Below are positions 23,622 through 33,328 of a DNA stretch of 64,000 nucleotides, piece after piece (the first letter of the stretch is position 1; the number at the start of each line of letters is the position of its first letter). The stretch comes from Rickettsiaceae bacterium (GTDB taxonomy: Bacteria; Pseudomonadota; Alphaproteobacteria; Rickettsiales; Rickettsiaceae): contig JBGCFO010000003.1 of the NCBI GenBank assembly GCA_045106955.1, forward strand, positions 14,430-78,429, read 5' to 3'. Made by a program: the position numbers and the translations under genes. The notes under the pieces are model-generated. The model made no database searches. It worked only from the letters and a program-made list of their open reading frames with translations, and had not been told where the DNA came from.

Positions 23622-24219
23622 TTATCTTTTTTTAACGAAAAAACAAGTAGCAATGAAAATAAATTTCACCATGTTAATGATTTTATTAGAAGGATTTAAC
23701 TGAATTGTTTTGTCAATGATTTTATTGAATTTTTAGATAAAAATACTCTGATAACTAATTTAATATTGCTATTCTTTCCTTAGAATTGAGTATTTTTTTA
23801 ACGTTATACGCACTGATGCATATTAAACACAGATGATTTTTCATATCTTTTCTGAGATTGGTAAATAATCTCAGGCCTTGATTGAACAGCTTTAAAAATA
23901 AATTACTTGAAATATAACCCTTATCACCATAGATTTTACCAGTCAAACCAAATGCTAAATTAGCTACTGGAAGTATATCGCTTCTATTTCCTTTTGTAAT
24001 TTTAACAGTCATAATTTCTCCTTTATTATTAATAATCATGTGTAATTTAAATCCCATGAACCAGCCATAGCTAGATTTGCCTACCTTAGCAATTCTAGCT
24101 AATACTCTATTGTTAGATGTGCGTTTATTATGACAAATTTGTAATTTGCTAGAATCGATAAAATATGTACCAGTATCCTCTCCATTGAACAATTGCATTA
24201 AACTAATAGAGCTCAGCAA
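23622..24219 (-). mobile_element. IS982-family transposase remnant (N-terminally truncated, 3' part frameshifted with stops)
   Basis: ORF 23755..24219 reads DSSKLQICHNKR...GKSSYGWFMGFKLHMIINNKGEIM...GNRSD...YGDKGYIS...LFTNLRKDMKN, the IS982 DDE core pattern. It covers only ~150 of the ~290 aa expected. A C-terminal-like piece (KIIDKTIQLN...) continues in another frame down to ~23622. No inverted repeats identified. Confidence 0.65.
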
Positions 24220-24330
24220 TTTGGAGCCAGTATTTTAAATAAAACATCTTAGATACTTAGTCCGACTAAGAAGTAGTTAGGATTAAATAAAATATACTGG
24301 AAAAACTTTTTGAATGTAAATCGATATATC

Positions 24331-24765
24331 TCACAACGTTCCTATTTTGAGATCAAATGATAACAAACAATTTGCTAAATCTAATAGTTGGTAACGCAAT
24401 GTATGATCTAGTATCTCATTAAAAACTGACATTAGCTGCGCTTTATCTTCTTTTGCGTAATTATCATACTTGTAAGTCTTATACTCTATGCCAGGCTCTG
24501 CAATGACCGAATGATCAGCCCGCAAACCATTGAAGAAATAATCAGAGGAAACTTTAAAAAAACAGGCGATACAGTATAAATAAGAACAAGACACTCTATT
24601 TACACCAGTCTCGTACTTCTGTACCTGCTGCAAACTTAAATTCAATGCCTTTGCTAAATCTTTTTGAGTATATTTTAACGATACTCTTAAAGCTTTAATA
24701 TTTCTACCAACTACATCATCGATCCTTCGTAAATCATTACTTGGAAAAAAGTTATAATTTATCAT
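24331..24765 (-). CDS. XRE-family helix-turn-helix transcriptional regulator
   Basis: HTH_3 pattern IGRNIKALRVSLKYTQKDLAKALNLSLQQVQKYETGVNRVS. The ORF track starts at TTG 24777, and the first ATG is at 24765. The ~65-aa C-terminal extension has unknown function. Confidence 0.8.
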   Translation of the reverse strand: MINYNFFPSNDLRRIDDVVGRNIKALRVSLKYTQKDLAKALNLSLQQVQKYETGVNRVSCSYLYCIACFFKVSSDYFFNGLRADHSVIAEPGIEYKTYKYDNYAKEDKAQLMSVFNEILDHTLRYQLLDLANCLLSFDLKIGTL

Positions 24766-24850
24766 CTGGCAACTCAAAATTTTAAAAAGCTATCTTAACA
24801 AGACGAATGGTTATTATTTATACCAAAAATTGCAATAAGTCAAGTACTTT

Positions 24851-26119
24851 TTATTGATTATTATATGAATTTGATTTTTTATACACCTCTAGTTTATTTT
24901 CTAGCATTGCGATAGAGATACCTAGTATTTCAGATGCTTTATTTAAATCTCCTAAACAATAATTCATTGTATTTGTTACCAACTCTTTTTCTGCTTCAGA
25001 TATTTTTTTACCAACAAATTGCTTAGTAGGCATTTGTATATCGCCTTCTACTATCACATCACCTGATGATAACAAAACTGCTCTATGCATTACATTTTCA
25101 AGTTCTCTAATATTGCCAGGCCATGGATGCATTTGTAATTTGCTTAACGCCTCTTTTGATAGAGCTTTAGGCTTCATTTGATTATTCATAACGTATTTTG
25201 ATATGAAGTGATTGCTAAGTTCTTCTATATCTTCAATTCTTTGATTAAGATTTGGCAACTCTATCGTGATCGTATTCAAACGAAAATACAAATCTTCTCT
25301 AAAATTATTTTTTGCAATTTCTTCTTGTAAGTCTCGATTAGAAGTGGCGATAATACGCAAATCAATTTTAACTGGGCTATTACCACCAACGCGATCAATT
25401 TCCTTTTCTTGTATAGCGCGTAATAACTTTGCCTGTAAACGCGTATCCATCTCGCTAATTTCGTCTAGAAGCAATGTGCCTCCACTCGACTCCTCAAATT
25501 TACCTATCCTACGTGTAAGCGCTCCTGTAAAAGCTCCCTTTTCATGACCAAATAATTCTGATTCCAATAAATGCTCTGGTATTGCAGCGCAATTTACTCG
25601 CACAAATGATGAATTAGCTCGTTCGCTATTGTTATGAATATAATTAGCAAGCATTTCTTTTCCAGTTCCTGATTTGCCAGTTAACAGGATATTAGCATTA
25701 GATTTAGCGATCTTATCAGATATTTGCATTACAGATTTCATCGGATTTGAATTACCCGTAATCATGCTTGATTTATTTGAGATCGTATTCAATATTGCTA
25801 CGATTAATTTTTTATCTGGAGGAAGCGAAATAAACTCTTTAGCTCCAGCTTTAATTGAATTAATCGCATCTTTAGGGTCGCATTTTATGCCATAGGACAC
25901 TACTGGAACAGAAATCCTCTCATTTGATAGAGATTGAACTAAAGATGATATATCCATTTTTGCATCAATTAAAATTAAATCAGATCCTTTACCATTGCGC
26001 AAAAATTGTAATGCATCTTCTATATTATCTGCCATTATCACCTTACAACCATGTGATTTTGCAGTTTCTACAGCAGAAGTTACATCACTATTGGTAGTCT
26101 TGACTATCAATAATCTCAT
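24851..26119 (-). CDS. flbD: sigma-54-dependent transcriptional activator, FlbD-like (atypical receiver + AAA+ + Fis-type HTH)
   Basis: 422 aa. Walker A LLTGKSGTGKE, intact GAFTGA (HEKGAFTGAL), GGTLLLDEISEM, FREDLYFRLN, and WPGNIRELEN are present. The N-terminus MRLLIVKTTNSD lacks the usual DD acidic pocket. KAGAKEFISLPPD resembles Caulobacter FlbD as I remember it. Confidence 0.75.
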   Translation of the reverse strand: MRLLIVKTTNSDVTSAVETAKSHGCKVIMADNIEDALQFLRNGKGSDLILIDAKMDISSLVQSLSNERISVPVVSYGIKCDPKDAINSIKAGAKEFISLPPDKKLIVAILNTISNKSSMITGNSNPMKSVMQISDKIAKSNANILLTGKSGTGKEMLANYIHNNSERANSSFVRVNCAAIPEHLLESELFGHEKGAFTGALTRRIGKFEESSGGTLLLDEISEMDTRLQAKLLRAIQEKEIDRVGGNSPVKIDLRIIATSNRDLQEEIAKNNFREDLYFRLNTITIELPNLNQRIEDIEELSNHFISKYVMNNQMKPKALSKEALSKLQMHPWPGNIRELENVMHRAVLLSSGDVIVEGDIQMPTKQFVGKKISEAEKELVTNTMNYCLGDLNKASEILGISIAMLENKLEVYKKSNSYNNQ

Positions 26120-26146
26120 AATAATATATATTCTTACTTCATTTCG

Positions 26147-27004
26147 TTAATCACGGCAACTTGTCCATTGCGGTCTAGATATATCTAGAGTCATATTATC
26201 AATGCAAATTTGCTTTGTTGATAGTTTTTCATATTCTTCATTCTTAATTAAAGCAAGTGCTTGATTTTGATAACTAGATAATAATATACCTAATTTTGTA
26301 TCTCCAATCATAATATCGTTATTTTTTGTTAAATGATCAAGTTCTTCTCTAGACGTAAGCTTAAATATGCTTTTCCTTAAAACACCTTGATAGGTTGTTC
26401 TTGACATCACCTCTTGCCCCACATAACATCCTTTGCTATAGCTAATTGCATTTAGATCTTTTGCGCCATATTCTAGAGGTATTGATTTATTTTGTATTAA
26501 GTCACAATATCCATCCACAATGGCATATCGATATTTATCTTGTAAATACAAGTCATCGATATTATTAAACTCATTCATTGTATTAGATAAGTTGAGTAAT
26601 GTATTATTCATGCATTCTTTACTACCATGTACGATGAACCTATACCCTAAAGCCTTGTAACGTGGATCAATAGCCCTTATTACAATATTAGGTATAACCA
26701 ACGCTTCCTTGGCATACAAAACTGTGTAATTAGAATCAAGCTCTATATCAACTTTAGCATTTAGCTTGTACATCATTAGCTTCTTAATCAATTCTTGAGA
26801 TTGATTAAGATTAACATCAAGTAAAAATCGCCCTTCGTCTTTTAAAATAAAAAAATCAAACAAATATCTTCCACGATTAGTAATCATATAGCTGTAACAA
26901 TAGTCATTGTTCTTTACGTCGTTAGTAACTAAGTTTTGTAAAAAATCACATGCATCCTTCCCTGAGATTTTGACTATCACTCTATCCTTCAATATATTAT
27001 ACAT
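26147..27004 (-). CDS. ygfZ: folate-binding YgfZ/GcvT-like protein (Fe-S cluster repair / tRNA modification)
   Basis: 285 aa with the signature KGCYVGQEVMSRTTYQGVLRK near the C-terminal third. Confidence 0.8.
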   Translation of the reverse strand: MYNILKDRVIVKISGKDACDFLQNLVTNDVKNNDYCYSYMITNRGRYLFDFFILKDEGRFLLDVNLNQSQELIKKLMMYKLNAKVDIELDSNYTVLYAKEALVIPNIVIRAIDPRYKALGYRFIVHGSKECMNNTLLNLSNTMNEFNNIDDLYLQDKYRYAIVDGYCDLIQNKSIPLEYGAKDLNAISYSKGCYVGQEVMSRTTYQGVLRKSIFKLTSREELDHLTKNNDIMIGDTKLGILLSSYQNQALALIKNEEYEKLSTKQICIDNMTLDISRPQWTSCRD

Positions 27005-27142
27005 AGCTGATATTAATAATTTAGATATCTCTTATTAATCATTTCAATAACAAATAACTAATGATCGAAACGATAATAATTATTATTTCATCGAGATTGT
27101 AATTAGTCAATCTCCTTAAACACAATATATCTTGATGTTATT

Positions 27143-27682
27143 TTATATATCTCTGACTTTAAAAAAACTATAAGATAATGTGATGGTTGTTACATCATTC
27201 ATTGCTGGATCACTTTCAAATCCTGAATCAATTAAAAAAGATACTGGCATGATCAATTTTTCGTGAGCTCTGATTATCTGCTCCTCAAAGCAAAAACAAT
27301 GTATTTTAATGAAGTATTTTCCAGCCTTATTTGGAGTGATATTATAAACTGCAGTTCCAATAATATCATGGTTACTTAAGTTCTCTGCTTCATAAAATAC
27401 TAATGTATTATATCCAACAATTGAACTAACCATACGCTGTTTTGGAGTAAAACGCCATGGTAATTTACTATCAAGATTTGCATCAAATTCAATATTAATT
27501 TTACGCGTACCTTTACTATAATGGGTTAAATAATCGTATTGTCTAATAGTTCCAGCAAAGCCTGTAGTTTTACAAAATAAATTATATAAAGGCACAGATG
27601 CAAATGCTAATAATACCATGCTTGCCAATAAACATATTAATGAAAATACTAGTTTATTATTATTGTTTAATTTGCTTTTCAT
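27143..27682 (-). CDS. ctaG: cytochrome c oxidase assembly protein CtaG/Cox11
   Basis: 179 aa with a single N-terminal TM segment followed by [14 protein letters not shown] and a Cox11 copper-site region (HCFCFEEQ). Confidence 0.9.
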   Translation of the reverse strand: MKSKLNNNNKLVFSLICLLASMVLLAFASVPLYNLFCKTTGFAGTIRQYDYLTHYSKGTRKINIEFDANLDSKLPWRFTPKQRMVSSIVGYNTLVFYEAENLSNHDIIGTAVYNITPNKAGKYFIKIHCFCFEEQIIRAHEKLIMPVSFLIDSGFESDPAMNDVTTITLSYSFFKVRDI

Positions 27683-27691
27683 TTTTTTAAC

Positions 27692-28435
27692 TTAGATCTT
27701 ATCAAAAATACTAGCTTTTGATATAGATATAATCTCGGATAAATTCTTTCCTTCGTCGCAAGCATTTGATATTTCGGTTGTAATTGGAATATTAAGTATA
27801 ATAGGTATATTAAATTTTTTAGAGATTTCTTCAGCGCTATTTCCAGTAAAAATATCTAGCTTATTACCAGATTGATCACAATAATAGCTCATGTTACTTA
27901 TAATACCTGCGATAGGTATGTCGAATTTTCTATACAAATCAATTGCTTTTATTACATCTAATTTTGCAATTTGTTGCGGTGTTGTGACAAATATAGCGCT
28001 ATTAATATGATAATTTTGTAATATATTTAAATGAATATCTCCTGTACCAGGTGGAGTGTCAATGATGAGATAATCTAAATTGTTCCAAACGCTTTTGGAA
28101 AGTATTTGATACACCATTTTGTTTGCCATTAAACCTCTCCATGCAATTGCACTATATTCATCTACGATAAGACCAATGGACATAATTTGCACATTACGTG
28201 ATATAACTGGAATAAATTCTTTATTGTATATTTCAGGAGCTTTTTTGACATTAAACATACGATGTATCGATGGTCCATATATATCTAAATCTGCCAATCC
28301 CACGTTGTATCCTTCTTTAGAAAGATTATCTGCGAGTAATGTTGCAAATGTAGATTTACCGACCCCTCCTTTTCCAGATGCAACTACTATTATATTGTTT
28401 ACATTGGAAATAAGATGTTTTTTTGACTTATTCAT
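27692..28435 (-). CDS. mrp: Mrp/ApbC-family Fe-S cluster carrier ATPase
   Basis: 247 aa with deviant Walker A VASGKGGVGKST and DTPPGTGD. This is a short form without the N-terminal DUF59 domain. Confidence 0.85.
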   Translation of the reverse strand: MNKSKKHLISNVNNIIVVASGKGGVGKSTFATLLADNLSKEGYNVGLADLDIYGPSIHRMFNVKKAPEIYNKEFIPVISRNVQIMSIGLIVDEYSAIAWRGLMANKMVYQILSKSVWNNLDYLIIDTPPGTGDIHLNILQNYHINSAIFVTTPQQIAKLDVIKAIDLYRKFDIPIAGIISNMSYYCDQSGNKLDIFTGNSAEEISKKFNIPIILNIPITTEISNACDEGKNLSEIISISKASIFDKI

Positions 28436-28505
28436 ACTTGCATTTGTTATTATTCGTTTATATAATCTTCTCTAATGTTAATATATCAATATTATAACTT
28501 TTTCT

Positions 28506-29543
28506 ATGACATACAAGGGTCAATTCTGTTCCGCTATATTTGCTAATTCTCCTTGGAATAATCCAAATCAAGATAATATCTTCAAAAAACCTCGTAAACC
28601 TCAATTTAATTACGGTGATTTTAATATCAAATTCAATGGAAAAATTTTTCTTTTAATATTAATTGTGATTGCTGGATTATGGCTTACTTCTGGAATTTAT
28701 GAAGTAAAAGAAGGAGAAGAGTCTGTTGTAATAAGATTTGGGAAATTTGTCAGAAAAGGACATCCTGGTTTGAATTATCATCTTCCTTCTCCAATAGAAA
28801 ATGTTATTATAGAAAAAATTAATCAATCACGCCGCATTGAAATTGGTTATCGTTCTGGCATGATATCTACTAACCGATCTAGTTCTAATAATAATATTTC
28901 ATCTGAAAGTTCAATGCTTACTGGAGATGAAAATATTGTAGAACTATATGCTGATATTATGTGGCATATAAATGATATAGAGAAATATGTTTTTGCTCTT
29001 GTTAATCCAGAAGATACAGTTAAAACTGTTTCTGAAAGTGCAATTCGGGAGGTAATAGGCAAGACGCCAATTTTGTCGATATTGTCCAACCAAAAACAAG
29101 AAATAACCGATAATGTTGAACAGTTAATACAAGAAATATTAGATATGTATGGAGTTGGAGTAACTATTGAAATGGTTCAACTGCTCAAAGCAGAGCCGCC
29201 AGCTGAGGTAATTGATTCTTATAGAGATGTGCAAACTGCAAAGGCAGATAAAGAACGAATTATTAATCAAGCTTATTCCTATAGTAATGATATATTACCC
29301 GCAGCTAGAGGTAAGGCAGAAAAAATAACTCAGGCTGCTGAAGCTTATAAAGAAAGTATTGTTGCTAAAGCTAAAGGAGATGCTCATAAATTTACAGCCA
29401 TATACACCCAATACTTAAAAAATAAGCAACTTACTAAAGACAGATTTTATCTCGATAGCATGCAATCAATATTACAAAATGTGAAGAAATTTGTAATAGG
29501 AAATCACAATAACTTCTTACCACATATGAATATACAACAATAG
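28506..29543 (+). CDS. hflK: FtsH protease modulator HflK (SPFH/band-7)
   Basis: 345 aa with one TM segment then an SPFH domain (YEVKEGEESVVIRFGKF...GLNYHLP). It is followed by hflC and htrA. Confidence 0.9.
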   Translation: MTYKGQFCSAIFANSPWNNPNQDNIFKKPRKPQFNYGDFNIKFNGKIFLLILIVIAGLWLTSGIYEVKEGEESVVIRFGKFVRKGHPGLNYHLPSPIENVIIEKINQSRRIEIGYRSGMISTNRSSSNNNISSESSMLTGDENIVELYADIMWHINDIEKYVFALVNPEDTVKTVSESAIREVIGKTPILSILSNQKQEITDNVEQLIQEILDMYGVGVTIEMVQLLKAEPPAEVIDSYRDVQTAKADKERIINQAYSYSNDILPAARGKAEKITQAAEAYKESIVAKAKGDAHKFTAIYTQYLKNKQLTKDRFYLDSMQSILQNVKKFVIGNHNNFLPHMNIQQ

Positions 29544-29552
29544 AATTATACA

Positions 29553-30410
29553 ATGCATAGATTACATTACATATTAATTGGACTAATATTACTAGCTGGA
29601 TTATTTATTTCACTATCGTGTTTTGTTGTAAACCAAAAACAATATGTGGTTGTTTTTCAATTCGGGGAGGCAATGAGGACTATTAAAAACCCTGGTTTAT
29701 ATTTTAAAATACCATTTATTCAAAACACTGTATTTTTTGACAAAAGAATTTTACATGTCGATGCTGAAGCTAAAGAATTAACTGCTTCAGATGGAAAGAG
29801 AATAATTGTGAATACATTTGCAAAATTCATTATATCAGAGCCTGTAATATTTTATAAAACAGTTAACAATGACCATGGTGTTAAAGTTAGGCTAAATAGA
29901 ATACTAGAATCATCTATGCGTAAAGTAATAGGTAAAGTACCATTAACTGCTCTTTTGGATAAAAAAAGAACAAAAATTATGTCAGATACTTTGCGTAAAG
30001 TGAATGAGGAAACGGAAAATTTTGGAATTAAAGTAGTTGATGTACGTATTTTGAGAGCGGATTTGCCTAAAGAAAATAGCGCTGCAATTTATAAACGTAT
30101 GCAAACAGAACGTGAAAAGGAAGCTAAGCAAATTAGGGCAGAAGGAGAAGAAGAAGCTGTTCGCGTTCGCTCTAGAGCCGACAAAGAAAGTGAAATATTG
30201 GTAGCTAATGGACATATGCAAGCCGAAATAATTAAGGGCGATGGAGATGCTGAGTCTATTCAAATATACAATGAAGCTTATTCTCAGGATCAAGAATTTT
30301 ATAAATTCTATAAATCATTGTCTGTATATCAAAATATATTTGATTCTGATAATTCTTCTTTTGTATTATCGACACAATCTGAGTTTTTAAGATATTTGAA
30401 CATCAAATAA
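29553..30410 (+). CDS. hflC: FtsH protease modulator HflC (SPFH/band-7)
   Basis: 285 aa with an N-terminal TM segment and an SPFH domain (VVFQFGEAMRTIKNPGLYFKIPFIQ). It starts 9 nt after hflK. Confidence 0.9.
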   Translation: MHRLHYILIGLILLAGLFISLSCFVVNQKQYVVVFQFGEAMRTIKNPGLYFKIPFIQNTVFFDKRILHVDAEAKELTASDGKRIIVNTFAKFIISEPVIFYKTVNNDHGVKVRLNRILESSMRKVIGKVPLTALLDKKRTKIMSDTLRKVNEETENFGIKVVDVRILRADLPKENSAAIYKRMQTEREKEAKQIRAEGEEEAVRVRSRADKESEILVANGHMQAEIIKGDGDAESIQIYNEAYSQDQEFYKFYKSLSVYQNIFDSDNSSFVLSTQSEFLRYLNIK

Positions 30411-30432
30411 ACTTATTGCGATTTGAAAGAAC

Positions 30433-31938
30433 ATGATACAAAGATTGTTATATTGTTTAAATTTAATAATATTGGCATTTACTTATAGTAATGCCTTTGG
30501 AGTAAGTGAGGTTAAAGATGCATCTATTCAAGCAAAATCAAAATTATATAATAAGGCCTACCCTAGCTTTGCAGAGATTGTCGAGCCATTAATACCAACT
30601 GTTGTTAGTGTATATGTTACGAGGCAGCAAGAAGTAAGTTCTTCGAAGAAATCCTTGTATAACAATTTTCCACTTGAACATTTCGCGGATTTTTTTGATA
30701 ATATTCCTCCATTATTTGATAAGTCATTCGAATATAAATCTGAAGGATTTGGCTCTGGATTTATTATAAATCCTAATGGTCTTATCATTACAAATCATCA
30801 CGTGATACAAGGAGCTGAAGAAATTAAAGTAAAATTAAATAACGACAAAGAGGAAGAGTTTGTAGCTAGTTTAATCGGTAGCGATCAAAAAACTGATTTG
30901 GCCTTGATTAAAATCAATGCAAAAAATGATTTGCCGTTTGTAAGATTCGAAGATTCTGATAAATCAAGAATTGGCGATTGGGTCATTGCTATTGGCAATC
31001 CTCTTGGATTTAATGGGACAGTAACTACTGGCATTATTTCATCTAAAGGTCGAGATGCTTTATCTGATGATAATATCGTAGATAAAATGATACAGACGGA
31101 TGCAGCAATTAATATAGGTAATTCTGGGGGACCATTATTTGATGTTAATGGCTATGTTATAGGTATCAACACTGCAATTGCTACTCCTCGTAATATTGGT
31201 ATTGGCTTCGCTATACCTTCAAATATAGCTAAATACGTCATTAATGAATTGCAAAAACATGGTAAGATTGATCGTGGCTATCTTGGCGTTATTGTTCAAG
31301 ATATGACACAAGAGATTACTGAAGGTCTTGGTTTAGATAAAAATATTCAGGGCGTGCTAGTTGTGCAAGTTATAAAGAATAGCTGCGGTGAAAAAGCTGG
31401 ATTACTTGCTGGCGATATTATAACAAATTTTGGCAATTATGCAGTTAAAAATCGACGAAGCTTACAAGTGCTTGTTGCACAAGCTAATATTGGTCAAAAA
31501 ATTACTATTAAGATATTACGCAATAATGAACCGATGAAATTAATATGCAATATCACTTCAGATACAGATGGTGCGCTTGCATCATCCAATAATTCTGACA
31601 ATGCAAGTAATAAACATAGCAACGAGACGATTAAAGAAGGCGATATATTATACTCTAATTTAACAGATGATTTACGTAAAAAATTTAGAGTTAATAATAA
31701 AGATCGATGTGTATTAGTTTTGGAAAGATTTAACAATGACAATGCCAAACAAAATATTAATTTACATCCAGGTGATATCGTAATTGCTGCGAATCATGTG
31801 TATGTTCAAGATGTTGATCAGCTTAAATCTATTTATAAAAATGTTGTAAATAGCGGTCGTCATAACATCGTACTACTTATCAAGCGCAAAGAAAAAACAT
31901 TATTTATAGCAGTGCCAATAGAATCTGATCCATCTTAA
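30433..31938 (+). CDS. htrA: periplasmic serine endoprotease DegP/HtrA family (two PDZ-like regions)
   Basis: Signal peptide present. Catalytic triad context is HHV, TDLALIK and GNSGGPLF, with a GFGSGFII block. Confidence 0.9.
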   Translation: MIQRLLYCLNLIILAFTYSNAFGVSEVKDASIQAKSKLYNKAYPSFAEIVEPLIPTVVSVYVTRQQEVSSSKKSLYNNFPLEHFADFFDNIPPLFDKSFEYKSEGFGSGFIINPNGLIITNHHVIQGAEEIKVKLNNDKEEEFVASLIGSDQKTDLALIKINAKNDLPFVRFEDSDKSRIGDWVIAIGNPLGFNGTVTTGIISSKGRDALSDDNIVDKMIQTDAAINIGNSGGPLFDVNGYVIGINTAIATPRNIGIGFAIPSNIAKYVINELQKHGKIDRGYLGVIVQDMTQEITEGLGLDKNIQGVLVVQVIKNSCGEKAGLLAGDIITNFGNYAVKNRRSLQVLVAQANIGQKITIKILRNNEPMKLICNITSDTDGALASSNNSDNASNKHSNETIKEGDILYSNLTDDLRKKFRVNNKDRCVLVLERFNNDNAKQNINLHPGDIVIAANHVYVQDVDQLKSIYKNVVNSGRHNIVLLIKRKEKTLFIAVPIESDPS

Positions 31939-32028
31939 GAAATGGAGTGTAATGTTTTAGCGCAATCATCTGATAATTAGATAATTGTTTGAAGGTGCAC
32001 AACAAAGTTTGTTATAAATACCTACAAA

Positions 32029-32469
32029 TTAGATGGCAAATGGATTGTGAGGTATTATTTCGCATGTTCTTTGGCTACCTTGATTTATAGTTAAATTGAT
32101 CTCGATACATCCTTTTGGTAAGAGATTATTAATAATTGCTGGCCATTCTATGAGGCAAATATTTTGAGCGTTACAAGCATCTTCAAATGATAATCCGTAT
32201 ATCTCATTTTGGCATTTAAGACGATATAAATCATAATGATATATGTCGTAATTATCGATATTATATACTTGTAATATATTAAATGTTGGACTTGGGACTA
32301 TAATGTTATCATTAATTATATGTAAAATAATATTTCTGCACAAAAATGTTTTACCACTTCCCAAATCTCCATTGAACAGTAACATCGAACCTGGCGTCAA
32401 TGATTTAGCAATGAGAGAGCTAAGCTCTATAGAATCAGATTCATTATTGAGTAGATAAGAACCAAACAT
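32029..32469 (-). CDS. tsaE: tRNA t6A37 biosynthesis protein TsaE (YjeE ATPase)
   Basis: 146 aa with P-loop GDLGSGKTFLCR and the HYDLYRL motif. Confidence 0.85.
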   Translation of the reverse strand: MFGSYLLNNESDSIELSSLIAKSLTPGSMLLFNGDLGSGKTFLCRNIILHIINDNIIVPSPTFNILQVYNIDNYDIYHYDLYRLKCQNEIYGLSFEDACNAQNICLIEWPAIINNLLPKGCIEINLTINQGSQRTCEIIPHNPFAI

Positions 32470-32499
32470 AATAAGATCATTAATGAGAAAAGTACAAAA

Positions 32500-32576
<77 letters not shown>

Positions 32577-32793
32577 AATATACAATATTCAATTGCAGTA
32601 TTTAAGTTAAATACCATAATTTCGACTTAAGATCAATAGCTCTATTTTTGACAATCGATATCATGCATCTTACCTAACTCTTGTTTATAATATACTGAGA
32701 TAGTATAAGATATTTTCATTTTTCGCTTGTACCTATTCATAATAGTAATATAATATATGTGTAATATTGTCACTTAATCAAAGTACGATTTCT

Positions 32794-33315
32794 ATGAAAA
32801 CCATGTTAGAGATGCTTTCATTAGCTGCATTTTTTATTGGGTATAAATTCGGTGGAATTATGACAGCTACTGCGTGCATTGTTGCAGCCACCATTACTAC
32901 AACTACTATCTCATATATCAAAGAAAAGACAATCAATAAAATGCAGCTTGTTTCTGTAGCAATATTATTAGTCTTTTCTGGATTAACTCTGTTTAGCGGT
33001 AACACGATCTTTATTAAAATGAAACCAACTATAATTTTTTCTACGTTTGCAATCACCTTGTTATTTGGGCAGATGTTTAATAAACCATTAATTAAATATG
33101 TTTTTGGCGGCGGAATACAATTAGAACAACAAAATTGGCAAGTATTAAATTTTAGATTTGCAATTTTATTTGCCGTGCTTGCATTAACTAATGAGGTTAT
33201 TTGGAGGAATTTTGATGAAAATATTTGGGTTAATTTCAAAGTCTTTGGCACCATGGGAGTTATGTTTATTTTTATTATTTCTCAACTTCCATTTTTGATG
33301 AAGCACAAAATTTAA
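32794..33315 (+). CDS. yciB: inner-membrane septation/phospholipid-homeostasis protein YciB (IspZ)
   Basis: It aligns by eye along its length with E. coli YciB, including NIWVNFKVFG. The ORF track starts at TTG 32767. ATG 32794 (MKTMLEML...) matches the YciB N-terminus better. Confidence 0.85.
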   Translation: MKTMLEMLSLAAFFIGYKFGGIMTATACIVAATITTTTISYIKEKTINKMQLVSVAILLVFSGLTLFSGNTIFIKMKPTIIFSTFAITLLFGQMFNKPLIKYVFGGGIQLEQQNWQVLNFRFAILFAVLALTNEVIWRNFDENIWVNFKVFGTMGVMFIFIISQLPFLMKHKI

Positions 33316-33328
33316 TCATTATATCTAA

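Noticed and set aside
24851-26119. Alternative call of this activator as NtrX/NtrC
   Set aside because: The receiver lacks the acidic phospho-acceptor pocket at its N-terminus, and the intact GAFTGA loop argues against NtrX as I recall that family. The N-terminal and linker sequence resembles FlbD. The call still needs phylogeny, so it is kept as FlbD-like rather than certain.
32778-33254. 158-aa ORF antisense to yciB, plus similar antisense ORFs at 1489..1671, 11340..11567, 25266..25547, 25674..25895, 28119..28475, 28847..29089, 29982..30293, 30558..30788, 31494..31748, 33436..33642, 34675..34911, 38728..39075, 40011..40298, 41036..41218, 50379..50733, 53934..54137, 59917..60111, 60759..61198, 61438..61644, 62045..62305 and 63064..63285
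   Set aside because: Each lies fully inside a confidently identified gene on the other strand or in another frame and shows no recognisable protein features. They are shadow ORFs.
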